Source: a virus
Lineage: Duplodnaviria > Caudoviricetes
DNA length: 64,000 bases
Virus record (IMG/VR): IMGVR_UViG_3300031994_000053
Location: 25,879-89,878 of that record
Reading direction: 5' to 3' (one strand)
Below are positions 44,039 to 53,461 of this stretch, in pieces. The notes beneath the pieces are model-generated. The model had not been told where the DNA came from. It saw only the letters and a list, made by a program, of their open reading frames with translations, and searched no databases. The position numbers and the translations under genes are program-made. The number at the start of each line of letters is the position of its first letter. Positions within the stretch are counted from its first letter, which is position 1.

Positions 44039-45451
44039 CTAGCCTTGGGGGGCCTGCCCGAACATCTCGTTGAGCATGTTCCGGGCGAAGGCGTTCGCCC
44101 CGGACGCGTCGGCCCTCGCGAAGCCGTCCACGGTCTCCTGCGCGGAAGGCGGGGGAGGGGGCGGAGGTGGCGGCGGGGGCGAATACGGCGACGGGGACAC
44201 CGGCGGCGCGGAGACCCGGCCGCGAAGCTGGAGCTGCCGCTTCAGCTCGATGTTCTCGCGCATGACCTGGTCGAGCATCTCGTAGGTCTTGGGGGCCATG
44301 AAGCCTTCGAGCATCGCCATGTACCGGTCCTGCTCGGAGGCGCGGCCCACCCACTGCCTGAACTGCTGCTCGCGGGCGTCGCGCTCGGCCGAAAACTGCG
44401 CGTCGGTCACGCGGTACGCCGGGGCCAGCCCGGTCTCGGGGGTCAGCGAGCGGTAGGCGTCGATCGCCCTGCCCGCGGCCTCCTGGACATGCTGCGCCGT
44501 GCGGACCCCGCTCTCGCGCTGGCCCGCGGCCTCGAGCCCGGCCTGCGCGTTGCGCCAGTCCTCGAGCTCGCGCTGCCGCTCGGCGAAGACCTGGCCCGCC
44601 TGCCCGGCGTAGACCATGACCTCGCCCTGCGCGTAGGTCGGAAGGTTCCCGACCATGTTCGGCAGATCCTTGGGGTCGGCGACTATGATGTCGCGGGCGA
44701 GGTTGAACGCCTCCTCCTTGCCCACGCCGTTGCGCTCAAGCACGGCCGCGATCTGCGCGTGGCTGGCGTCGAGCTTCGCATCGTACTTCTCGCGGAACGC
44801 GGGGGACCTGGCGAGGTCCATCTTCCCGATCTCGTCCTCGAGCTCGGTGATGCGCTGGTCCTTCGCGTTGAGCTGGTTCGCGAACTCGGCCTTCTCGGCC
44901 TGGAAGCCCTTGGTGGACTCGACCAGCTCGTTGAACTTCCGCTGCGCCTCCTCGGCCGCCCTGCGGTTGGCCTTGGACTGGGCGCGGAGCGCAGCCCAGG
45001 CGTGGTTCTGCTGGTCGTTCGCGAACTGCGGGTCGACGACCTGCTGCTCGGGCGCGAGCGCCGGGAGCGGCTGGAGGTCCGACAGCGGGTCAGCGGGCGG
45101 CACGGCGTAGCGGTCGACCGGGGCCGGCTGGGGCGCGGGCTGCGTGTTGACCGGCTGGACCGGGACGGGCGCGGGCTGCGTGTTGACCGGCTGGGCCGGG
45201 ACGGGCGCGACCTGCTGGGTCGGGTCCTGCGTGGGAGGGGTGATGGGCACCTGGACCGGGAACGCCGGGGGCAGTGGATGCGCCGGACCGGGCGCCTGGG
45301 CGAAGAGCCCGGCGAGGTAGTTGGCCCCCGTCACCGGCTGCCCGGCCGCCGGCGCGGCCGCGGTGAAGGGTTGCGGTTCGGGGGACGGCTGGACGCTTGG
45401 CGCGGTTGGTGCCGCCGGCGCCGGGGCGGGTTGGACAGCAGGGTCTGCCAT
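44039..45451 (-). CDS. Probable capsid scaffolding protein (470 aa)
   Basis: Pro/Gln-rich disordered N-terminus with a duplicated QPVNTQPAP unit; long coiled coils; immediately upstream of the MCP. Confidence 0.7.
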   Translation of the reverse strand: MADPAVQPAPAPAAPTAPSVQPSPEPQPFTAAAPAAGQPVTGANYLAGLFAQAPGPAHPLPPAFPVQVPITPPTQDPTQQVAPVPAQPVNTQPAPVPVQPVNTQPAPQPAPVDRYAVPPADPLSDLQPLPALAPEQQVVDPQFANDQQNHAWAALRAQSKANRRAAEEAQRKFNELVESTKGFQAEKAEFANQLNAKDQRITELEDEIGKMDLARSPAFREKYDAKLDASHAQIAAVLERNGVGKEEAFNLARDIIVADPKDLPNMVGNLPTYAQGEVMVYAGQAGQVFAERQRELEDWRNAQAGLEAAGQRESGVRTAQHVQEAAGRAIDAYRSLTPETGLAPAYRVTDAQFSAERDAREQQFRQWVGRASEQDRYMAMLEGFMAPKTYEMLDQVMRENIELKRQLQLRGRVSAPPVSPSPYSPPPPPPPPPPPSAQETVDGFARADASGANAFARNMLNEMFGQAPQG

Positions 45452-45454
45452 TCT

Positions 45455-45841
45455 TTATTTCTCCTGTGGGTCGTCGAACGGATCGACCGTAAAGGCGTCG
45501 CCCGCGACGAGCGGGTTGAACGCCGACCCCTTCTCGGCCGAAGCGAACAGCTCGGGGAAGACCGACGACGGATCCTCCGCGAGCCTGGCGGCAAGGCTAA
45601 GCCCGAGGCTTATGCCGTACTGCACGAGATGGTTGTCGGAATCGGCGGGCGCGGGGGCGTGCAGCGCGAGGTCGCGCAGCGCGTCGCGGAAGAGCCGGGT
45701 CCCGGTGAGCGACGCCCACTGGTGGAACAGCTCCGCCTTGTCCTGCCCGGAGTAGCAGGCCCGGAAGCGCGCCACCCCGGAGGGTCCGAGGACTCCTCCG
45801 GGGGACTGCGCGTGGAGCCTGTCGGCGACAGGCTCAGCCAC
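45455..45841 (-). CDS. Hypothetical head-module protein (128 aa)
   Basis: GTG start with AAGGAGG; packed between portal and scaffold. Confidence 0.6.
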   Translation of the reverse strand: MAEPVADRLHAQSPGGVLGPSGVARFRACYSGQDKAELFHQWASLTGTRLFRDALRDLALHAPAPADSDNHLVQYGISLGLSLAARLAEDPSSVFPELFASAEKGSAFNPLVAGDAFTVDPFDDPQEK

Positions 45842-46169
45842 GCCCTTCCTCCTTGTTGAGCGTGCGGCGGTAGATCACCTGGCGCTCGAGCTGCGCCATG
45901 CCGATCTGCCCGTCGATGTTGTTGAGCATCTGCTTCGCCTGGTCCATCTGGGCCACGACGCGGATGCGCTGGACCGCGAGCTGCGCGAGCTGGATCTCGA
46001 TGTCCGCCAGCGCCTTCTCGGCGTCCTCCTTGGAGATCGGCGACTCGATCTCCTTGCGGAACGCATCCTCCTGCTCCTTGCGGAGCTCCTCGGGCGACTT
46101 CGCCGGGGCGTCCGCTTCCTTCCCTCCCTTGCTGATCCTCAGTTCGGGTCCGTTGGGTTGCTCTCCCAT
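45834..46169 (-). CDS. Coiled-coil protein (111 aa)
   Basis: Heptad pattern LADIEIQLAQLAVQRIRVVAQMDQAKQMLNNID; GGGAGAG RBS. Confidence 0.7.
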   Translation of the reverse strand: MGEQPNGPELRISKGGKEADAPAKSPEELRKEQEDAFRKEIESPISKEDAEKALADIEIQLAQLAVQRIRVVAQMDQAKQMLNNIDGQIGMAQLERQVIYRRTLNKEEGRG

Positions 46170-46193
46170 TTTTCTCTCCCTGTTGCGGCCGGC

Positions 46194-48791
46194 CTAGAGC
46201 GCCAGCCCTTCCAGCAGTCCTTCATCCGTACCTGCCGCGCCGGCGACGTCCTCCGGGCGGACTGCCTGTTGCCCGGTGACTTCGTTGACGGCGCGGAAAC
46301 GGTTCAGCGCGTTCGCCGCGTTGACGCGGGACCTCGCGAGGCGCTCCTCGCGGTCGATGCGCGCGGTGGTCTCGGCGTCCTTCCTGGCCTCGTCGGCCGC
46401 GGCCCGCGCTGCGGCGCGGCCCTCCTCGGCCTGGCCGCGGGCGCCCTCGAGCTCCAGCCTGTGCATCTGCACCTCGTGGTCGCGGTCGACGCGGTAGCGG
46501 TCGACCTCGGCCTTCTTGTCGGCCTCGTACTGGGCCTTGGCCAGCTCGTTCTCGTCGGCCCTGCGCTGTAGCTCCTGCATTTCGCGCTCGCGCTTCTCGC
46601 GCTCGGCCTGCTCCACGCGTTCCTGCGTGGCGACGGCGAGGTTGAGCGCCTTGATGGTCGGGCGGAGGTCGCGGAGCATTTTGGCCACCTGCTTGGCCTG
46701 GTCCTGCATGCCGATCTGCATTCCGCCGACCGCCAGGTGGTCCTGGACGTGCTTCGACGCCATCACCAGGACACCGAGGATCTTCTTCGGGTCCTCCTGG
46801 AGGTTGCGGAGCGTCTGCTCGGCGACCTGCATGGTCTGCTGCGGGTTGCCGTTCCACTCGTTCATCTCCGGCGTGCTGTCCTCCGGCGCCTGGACCATCT
46901 CCACGATCTCCTGGAGGAGGCGCGCGTGGACCGGAATGTGGCTCCAATGCCACTGGTCCTGGCCGACGACGACCTGGAAGCCCATCTTGATCTGGTTGTT
47001 CTCCATCGTCGCGAAGGACGCCTGGTCGTTCGGCGCCTGGTCGCGGCTGACCTCGGCCGCGTACCTGTCGGCGGACTGCGTGCCGAGCCTGAGCTGCACG
47101 ATGTCGCGCACGGCGTTGCGCCTGCCGGACTCGTCCATCGTCCCGCCGTAGGTCCCGACGATCTCGTTGAGCGCGGTGACCTTGCCCTCGGAGCCGAGGA
47201 CGAGATCGCGGCACGCGGCTATCGTGAACGCCTGGGGTATGGCGACGACCTGGTCGGGCGTCACGCCACGCAGCTGGCAGCGGCGGAGGAACTCCGGTAT
47301 CTCCGGGTAGTCGGCCATGACGATCGGGTCCGGCTTCTCCGGGTCGGCGACCATCGCGACGAGGCGCACGAACCTCCTGAACGTCTGGCGCGCTATCAGG
47401 TCGACGACGTGGACGCGCTCGACGAAGAGGGCCTCGTCCTTCTGGACGCGGCGGCGCTCCGCGATTTCGGCCTCGGCCTTGGTCGGGCGGTCGTTCTGGA
47501 AAAGCTTCGGGGACGTCGTGGACAGCGGGTGCTTGTCGGTGCCCGCGACCGCGTTCACGCCGAGGTTGTCCATGTACTGTAACGCCGCGATGCCGGCCTG
47601 CATGTCGGGGCGGGCGTTGTTCTGCACGGGGACGAAATCCTTCGGGATGAAGGTGTACGGCCCCTGCTCGCTGAGCGTAAGCTGGGTCTGCGCCCCGAGG
47701 GACTGCTGCGAGAAGAACATCGACAGCGCGCGGGCGGCGGAATCGACGAACGCGCACTTCATGCGGTTGGCGGCGCGCTCCGGCGCGTAGAGGTCGGACG
47801 CGAGGCCGCGGACGGACCTGGCGTACTTCTCGCTGATGTCGTAGGGGAACCAGACGAAGCACTCGTCCATCCTGGAATAGGCGTTCTGCTTCTCGAACAG
47901 GAACCCGGCGTCGTCGGCCGACGCGGGGATGATGAGGTGCGTGATGCCCCGCGGGAACTGCATCTCGCGGACAAACGCGTGGATGACCTTGAAGTCGTCG
48001 AACTGGTGCTCCTCCGCGAACAGGTTGCGCCGCACGAGCGACAGCTGCGTCTCGACCGGCGTCGAGCCCGGGTCGGTGCCCGGCTCGGCCGCGGTCTCGA
48101 AGCCGTCGCGGAAGACGCGGACCGCCCACTTGCGGAGCTCGGCGGGGTTCCACCCCTCGGCGGAGGCGACCTCCTCGTTGTCGAGGAGCATGAAAAGGTA
48201 GGAGGCGGGGAGCACGGACTCGAACATGATGATGTCGTGCTCGGACGAGAGGACGGGACCGTCGCCCCGGAACATCACCTGCGACCGCTCCAGGGCCACG
48301 GGGCTGTAGTCCATGCTGGAACGCCACGTCACGGGGCCCAGGCCGTACAAGTCGGCCTCCTGGTTCATGGCCGCGAGGGCCGGGACGAACTTGCCGACCT
48401 CGCGCAGCGTGGCGGAGAACTCCTCCGCGACCACGCGGGAGATGCGTTCGGCGTCGGGGCCCGCCATCTCGCGGGCCCTCGGGCGGAGCTCGACGAGGTT
48501 CGCCGTATCGGAGGAAAGGCGGAGGATGACGCCGGCCCGGTTCTTGATCACGGACTTGAGCCCGAGCCAGTTCACATTCGTGATGTTGCGCAGCCCGCTC
48601 TGCTTCAGCTTCTCCGGGTCGTACGGGAGAAACCCGTCGAACATCTTGCGGATCTTGCCCCGGCGCTCGGCGTCCTTGAGATCGTCATCGCGGAAATGGC
48701 GGTAGACCGCGCGCACCGCGTTCGCGTCGGTGAACCTCTTCCTCGCGGGCCGTCCGCCCTTCTCTATGACATGGTAGCCTTCAAAGCTCAT
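46194..48791 (-). CDS. Probable portal protein (865 aa)
   Basis: Size, position upstream of scaffold and MCP, D..RRGKI...FDG..PY N-terminus and long C-terminal coiled-coil barrel; ATGA-coupled start at 48791. Confidence 0.75.
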   Translation of the reverse strand: MSFEGYHVIEKGGRPARKRFTDANAVRAVYRHFRDDDLKDAERRGKIRKMFDGFLPYDPEKLKQSGLRNITNVNWLGLKSVIKNRAGVILRLSSDTANLVELRPRAREMAGPDAERISRVVAEEFSATLREVGKFVPALAAMNQEADLYGLGPVTWRSSMDYSPVALERSQVMFRGDGPVLSSEHDIIMFESVLPASYLFMLLDNEEVASAEGWNPAELRKWAVRVFRDGFETAAEPGTDPGSTPVETQLSLVRRNLFAEEHQFDDFKVIHAFVREMQFPRGITHLIIPASADDAGFLFEKQNAYSRMDECFVWFPYDISEKYARSVRGLASDLYAPERAANRMKCAFVDSAARALSMFFSQQSLGAQTQLTLSEQGPYTFIPKDFVPVQNNARPDMQAGIAALQYMDNLGVNAVAGTDKHPLSTTSPKLFQNDRPTKAEAEIAERRRVQKDEALFVERVHVVDLIARQTFRRFVRLVAMVADPEKPDPIVMADYPEIPEFLRRCQLRGVTPDQVVAIPQAFTIAACRDLVLGSEGKVTALNEIVGTYGGTMDESGRRNAVRDIVQLRLGTQSADRYAAEVSRDQAPNDQASFATMENNQIKMGFQVVVGQDQWHWSHIPVHARLLQEIVEMVQAPEDSTPEMNEWNGNPQQTMQVAEQTLRNLQEDPKKILGVLVMASKHVQDHLAVGGMQIGMQDQAKQVAKMLRDLRPTIKALNLAVATQERVEQAEREKREREMQELQRRADENELAKAQYEADKKAEVDRYRVDRDHEVQMHRLELEGARGQAEEGRAAARAAADEARKDAETTARIDREERLARSRVNAANALNRFRAVNEVTGQQAVRPEDVAGAAGTDEGLLEGLAL

Positions 48792-49348
48792 CGGGTATGC
48801 CTCCAGCACGTCTCCGGCGCGCCGCCCCAGACCTTGTCGCCGGGCCCGTACTCGACCGACGCGAGCGCGGCCTCGTAGGCCCGCGCGCACCGGCAGATTC
48901 CGGAACCCTTGTCCTCCGGGACGGACGGGCGGCGACCATTAAATAGTAGCATAATCCGCTGCATGTGTCCAGTGCACGTGACGCAGTACTCGCGCGTGTG
49001 CTTCGGGCACGACAGGCAGACGCGCAGCCTCCGCTCGATCTCGTCGAAGGGGACGACGTGCCGGCCGGCCGCGGCCTTCTCGGCGTTCGCCATCGCCTCG
49101 CGGGGCATCACGTAGTCCGCGGCGCGGGAGACCGGGCCGGTGCAAAGGCTCGCGGCCTCGGGGATGCGGGGGCACATGTAGCCGGCGACCGCCTGCTCGA
49201 CGGTGCCGGGTATGCCGTACTTGCGCATCAGGGCGCGGACCTTGGGCTCGATCTGCACGTACGTCGGCGCGGAGACCTTCTCCCCGTGGGTCTCGTAGAA
49301 GAAGCCGCCGCGGGGCGCGATGTTTACGTTGCGGAAAAAGTTAGGCAT
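48788..49348 (-). CDS. Cys-rich putative Zn-binding protein (186 aa)
   Basis: CLSCP, CVTC, CRC, C-W C-terminus. Confidence 0.7.
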   Translation of the reverse strand: MPNFFRNVNIAPRGGFFYETHGEKVSAPTYVQIEPKVRALMRKYGIPGTVEQAVAGYMCPRIPEAASLCTGPVSRAADYVMPREAMANAEKAAAGRHVVPFDEIERRLRVCLSCPKHTREYCVTCTGHMQRIMLLFNGRRPSVPEDKGSGICRCARAYEAALASVEYGPGDKVWGGAPETCWRHTR

Positions 49349-49970
49349 GGCCGCCTCCCTCCGCGAGCATCCGGCGGTAATCCTCGAGCCAGGCGGCGAG
49401 CTGCCCGTGGTCGCGCCCGCACGCGTCCCCCGCGCCGCACCTCCCGGCCACGTCCCTGGCGTGCGCTATCGCCTCGTCGAGCGACATGGCGCCGGCCGGC
49501 CGGCTTTCGGCGAAGCCTGCCAGCTCGTCCGGCAGCCGCCCGAGCACCCGGCCGGTATTGGCCTCCACCTGCACGCAGCGGTCGTCGAAAAGCTGGAGCA
49601 TGGCGTAGTCTTTCTCGTGCGTCACCCCGGGGGCGAACCCGAGGTTCCGGTAGCACCACTCCTGGACAAACTCCCTGGCGCCCCAGTCCGGCTTCAGCGC
49701 CCAAGTCTGGACATCGGGGTCCTGGACGCACCAGCTGTGCTTGACGTAGGGGTTCGGGCGTGTCTCGGGAAGGGGGCGCGGGGACACGCGCGCGGTGACC
49801 ACCTTTATCCGAAGCCCGATCTCGTGCATGCGCCGCGCCAGCCGGACCATGGGGGCCACCGGCGCCCCGATATGGTCGATGCCCCTCCAGCCGTCGTAGA
49901 CGGCCAGCGTGCCGTCAAGGTCAAAGCCGTACCACCCGGCGACCCGGACCCCGTGCGTGTCGTTGGCCAT
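49341..49970 (-). CDS. HAD-family phosphatase (PNKP-phosphatase-like) with small C-terminal phage domain
   Basis: FDLDGTLA (motif I), VVTAR, K..LFDDR; tail MSLDEAIAH..C..DHxQLAxWL. Confidence 0.8.
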   Translation of the reverse strand: MANDTHGVRVAGWYGFDLDGTLAVYDGWRGIDHIGAPVAPMVRLARRMHEIGLRIKVVTARVSPRPLPETRPNPYVKHSWCVQDPDVQTWALKPDWGAREFVQEWCYRNLGFAPGVTHEKDYAMLQLFDDRCVQVEANTGRVLGRLPDELAGFAESRPAGAMSLDEAIAHARDVAGRCGAGDACGRDHGQLAAWLEDYRRMLAEGGGHA

Positions 49971-49972
49971 CG

Positions 49973-50533
49973 CTACCTCCCCCTCCTGGCCTTCGCCCCC
50001 GCCATGCTGACCCGGGTCTTCTTCTCAAAGACGCCCGGCAGCTCGCCGGCGATCTTCTCGGCCTCGCGCTGCGCGTCGGCCGAGATGTCGGGCGCGTCCG
50101 GCTTTTCGGGCGGGGGCGCCTCCCTCTTGAGGTTCACAACCGGCGCCTTCGCCGGAGGCGGCGGGAACGGGGACTTGCCGTCCCGCATCGCGGCGTAGTA
50201 GAGGAACTCGGCGCGGGGCCTCATGCGGTGCGGGTCGAACCCGCCCTCGAACCACGCCTGCGCCCCGTTGCCGCGCGGGCGAAGCGGCTTCCCGGTGTAC
50301 GCGCAGACGAACGGCTTGCCGGCGCGGAGGCCCGAGCGGCCGTCGGTGCGGTCCCACGCGGCGACCATCTCGGCACGCGTGGGGAACCGGTCCGTCGTCG
50401 AGTAGTCGTCCGGCGCGAAGAAAAGGGGCTCGCCTCTCTTCGGGACCAGCATCTTCACGCGGACGTCCTCGCCCGTGTAGGGGTTCTTCAGCCCGCGGAA
50501 CGCCGGGCTTGTGACTTCCAGTATCGTGCTCAT
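49973..50533 (-). CDS. Hypothetical protein (186 aa)
   Basis: GGAGGGAG RBS; GC3 bias; NPYTG / CAYTG internal repeat. Confidence 0.7.
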   Translation of the reverse strand: MSTILEVTSPAFRGLKNPYTGEDVRVKMLVPKRGEPLFFAPDDYSTTDRFPTRAEMVAAWDRTDGRSGLRAGKPFVCAYTGKPLRPRGNGAQAWFEGGFDPHRMRPRAEFLYYAAMRDGKSPFPPPPAKAPVVNLKREAPPPEKPDAPDISADAQREAEKIAGELPGVFEKKTRVSMAGAKARRGR

Positions 50534-50550
50534 TTATGTCTTTCTCCCTC

Positions 50551-52341
50551 CTATTTGAACGTGAAACTGTCGTGGTAATCTATGAGAATAACAGACATTG
50601 CCGGGTCTGTCAAACTATAAACAAATTCCGTATACGTCCCATCGCCCGCCGGCGTCCCAAAAGCTATGGGCCAGACACCCTGTCCGAGCTTGCCATACGC
50701 TGGCTCAGGAATGTCATTAACTGAGTGCGAGACCGCCGTATTTCCGGAAACGACAAGCCCCCGCCACCGCGAGCCGCAATCTCCAGAAACAGAAAGCCCA
50801 TACCGCACAACGTTTTCACCGGACAACGGCCAGTAGCAGCCGTCCCCACCTCCTGACAGCACCGGAGAATACTCCTCGGTCCTTTCCGACACAAGTTCAC
50901 AAGTATCCAGCGCGACAAGGCCAGAAGTTCGCGTTTCCTCAAACTGGAAATGGTTCGACGTGTTATAATAAGGATCGACATCTAGCGGCTCCGTGTAAGT
51001 AAACTCTTCGCGGGCCACTTTGACTTCCCCGCAAGGGCCGTACCAGATTTCACTAATGGCCGCGGGGAAAACAAACTCCAAACTGTCGGACCAAAAATCA
51101 AAAGTGCTATATGTGCCAACAGAAACGCTTACGGCTTTATCACACGAGAATATCGGATACTGCCAGACCTCCGAAAAAACATCGTCAACGGTCGAATCGC
51201 TACGCACGTCCACCTGGAACGGCACTCTCTCTAACTTACCTGGGTCGGACACCTCCGCATAGTAATAGTCGTCACACGCGGCTGTTCTGGCCACACCGTC
51301 GAGAATTGATGGGTTGGGGACCTCGACAACTCTCCAAAACTGCGCAAATGAATCGCGATCATCCCTATCCGATTGAGTAACTAACGTCACATCATGGACG
51401 TCCTGACCCGAATAACCTCTAGACGAATCCGCCTCATCTAACTTAAAGTCGCTATGATCGCAGACACAGCGCCCCAACCGATCATCATACTGGCACTCCG
51501 TGGGGACACCAAAATATTTCGTTCCGTCAGACGAGGTATCATGCCGAGAGCTCCGGGTATACCCCCCGGAAAAAACATACGCCGAAGAACCGACACCATA
51601 AGAACAGGAGCTTAGCTCCGACCAATAGGTAGACGGATCGCCGACCAAATGCCATGGCGTGTCTTCATTGTTTTTATCAAAAACGTCATAATCCTCATTA
51701 ACCGGATCGTAATCGGTCCGCTCCCCGTCGGCAACGCTATAATAAGACTCGTCGTAAACGCCGGAATCATGGCCATAAATGGTGGTCGCTTCCGCCTGAC
51801 AACCGTTCGTACACTGACAAATGCCACTAACGTTAACGGTTCGGAAAAGCTTCAGCCAATGTCGGACCGTCCGGAAAAACCCAAGCAACTCCCCGGCGTT
51901 ATCATCGGAAAACCCAAGATACCCGGGTCCTGGCAGAAAACGGTACAGCGGAAACTCTTCGTCCTTGCCTACAAAATTCGAATATGAGACAACAACGGGA
52001 AATGGACGTGGTTGGCGGGAGGCCAAACCCCAATTGACACCGCTGACTTTTAATTGAGTTTCACGGGGCAGCCTGTCCCACTCGGACACATACGAGCCGG
52101 ACAACGCTTCAACAACGGACAGAACCTCCGAAAAATAAGAACCCGAAACGTACCCATCCGGCTGCACAGCTTCATCCACAACCCTGCGCAAAAGCCCTGA
52201 TTCGCCTACCGCAACGATGCGCTCCGTCAAAGCTGTCTCTATGGCGAAAAACGCGGCCCGTACCCGAGGGTGGTCCCCGGAACGGAGCGACGAAAAATTA
52301 TCGTCCCACAAAGCTCTAGCCTGTTCTGCCAAATCACTCAT
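50551..52341 (-). CDS. Acidic Tyr/Asp/Ser/Cys-rich protein (596 aa), lower GC; possible tail or receptor-binding component
   Basis: TGATG coupling gives start 52341; long ORF in a compositionally distinct block. Confidence 0.6.
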   Translation of the reverse strand: MSDLAEQARALWDDNFSSLRSGDHPRVRAAFFAIETALTERIVAVGESGLLRRVVDEAVQPDGYVSGSYFSEVLSVVEALSGSYVSEWDRLPRETQLKVSGVNWGLASRQPRPFPVVVSYSNFVGKDEEFPLYRFLPGPGYLGFSDDNAGELLGFFRTVRHWLKLFRTVNVSGICQCTNGCQAEATTIYGHDSGVYDESYYSVADGERTDYDPVNEDYDVFDKNNEDTPWHLVGDPSTYWSELSSCSYGVGSSAYVFSGGYTRSSRHDTSSDGTKYFGVPTECQYDDRLGRCVCDHSDFKLDEADSSRGYSGQDVHDVTLVTQSDRDDRDSFAQFWRVVEVPNPSILDGVARTAACDDYYYAEVSDPGKLERVPFQVDVRSDSTVDDVFSEVWQYPIFSCDKAVSVSVGTYSTFDFWSDSLEFVFPAAISEIWYGPCGEVKVAREEFTYTEPLDVDPYYNTSNHFQFEETRTSGLVALDTCELVSERTEEYSPVLSGGGDGCYWPLSGENVVRYGLSVSGDCGSRWRGLVVSGNTAVSHSVNDIPEPAYGKLGQGVWPIAFGTPAGDGTYTEFVYSLTDPAMSVILIDYHDSFTFK

Positions 52342-53153
52342 CAGTCGATAACCCTGGAAAAATCCGCGAGACAAACCCGCTGTGTTTGACTTCCAACGGT
52401 CAACCCATCATACTCCCACACAATATCTTCATCCCCTTGGTGGGAAAATTTCACAGGCCCTGTAGCCGTCCGCAAATCCTTATCGGCAACAAACTCTCCA
52501 ATAGACCACACATTCCCGGACAACACGGCACGACCACAACGAGTTCTCTCAACATCCATCTCAAAAACTTGCCCGTCTTGCGAAAACCGAGGATTCCCCA
52601 CGGCAATCCGAGAAGGTCCGCCCCAACCATCCGCCGCCCCCGAATACACCCCGGCAACCGAATCTAACCCCTCCTCTGTTCGCTCTAGCCGGGGATAGTT
52701 GTATGTAGCCTTTAATGGTTCTCTCCCTTCACTGTTTTTCCCCGCCGGCTGCAACGTCAAAGCTAAAGAAAGACCGGAAAGACCGGACACCGGAAAAACG
52801 GGAAAACCCGAACTGCCTTCTAATTCCCACCAAGAATCCCCGTTTTCTGAACCGTCTGCTCTTCTATAATAGTACGGAACCTTAAGACCAGAAGTAGTAT
52901 ACAACATCCGGGAAGCAGCCCCCGGAACAGAATACAAGAAACGATTGCCGTTTTTATAGACACCACTCCCAAGAAACTCCCGATAAAACGGCAGAACACG
53001 ACCATCGATACTTACCCCGGGCAACAACCGATTCGCTTTCACGATCCAACAATCCCGACCATCGGAACATAATGCCAACGTCTGGTCGTTGATGTTGCCC
53101 CACACGCGGAAAAACCTGTTACCACCAGTCTCTATCCACAAGTCGTCCATCAA
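52341..53153 (-). CDS. Hypothetical Gly-rich beta protein (270 aa), lower GC
   Basis: Overlap-coupled to both neighbours. Confidence 0.6.
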   Translation of the reverse strand: MMDDLWIETGGNRFFRVWGNINDQTLALCSDGRDCWIVKANRLLPGVSIDGRVLPFYREFLGSGVYKNGNRFLYSVPGAASRMLYTTSGLKVPYYYRRADGSENGDSWWELEGSSGFPVFPVSGLSGLSLALTLQPAGKNSEGREPLKATYNYPRLERTEEGLDSVAGVYSGAADGWGGPSRIAVGNPRFSQDGQVFEMDVERTRCGRAVLSGNVWSIGEFVADKDLRTATGPVKFSHQGDEDIVWEYDGLTVGSQTQRVCLADFSRVID

Positions 53154-53461
53154 TGCGACCCCCCAACGACACGGACAAAGCCAACCGCGGCCGCGAGCTC
53201 ACCGGGCAAGGAGAGCCCGTCGCCATTGCAAAATGGAAGAAGCACCGTCGCTTCTTTCGTCTCTCCACCCTCTTCGTAATGCCCGGTGAAAACGACAGGA
53301 CCTCCAGTCACCCCCATCAATATCAAAGCGCCGCCTCCACCGCCTCCGTTCCCGCCCACGGTCTCGGTGGTCACGCCGGGGCCTTCGCCCAATTCGCTGT
53401 CGAACGAATCGAGCCGGTCTTCCAGATCACCAATCCTGTCCCTGAGCGTCACGTCGATCAT
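53150..53461 (-). CDS. Hypothetical tail-module protein (103 aa)
   Basis: ATGA overlap; N-terminal coiled coil plus Gly-rich linker. Confidence 0.6.
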   Translation of the reverse strand: MIDVTLRDRIGDLEDRLDSFDSELGEGPGVTTETVGGNGGGGGGALILMGVTGGPVVFTGHYEEGGETKEATVLLPFCNGDGLSLPGELAAAVGFVRVVGGSH

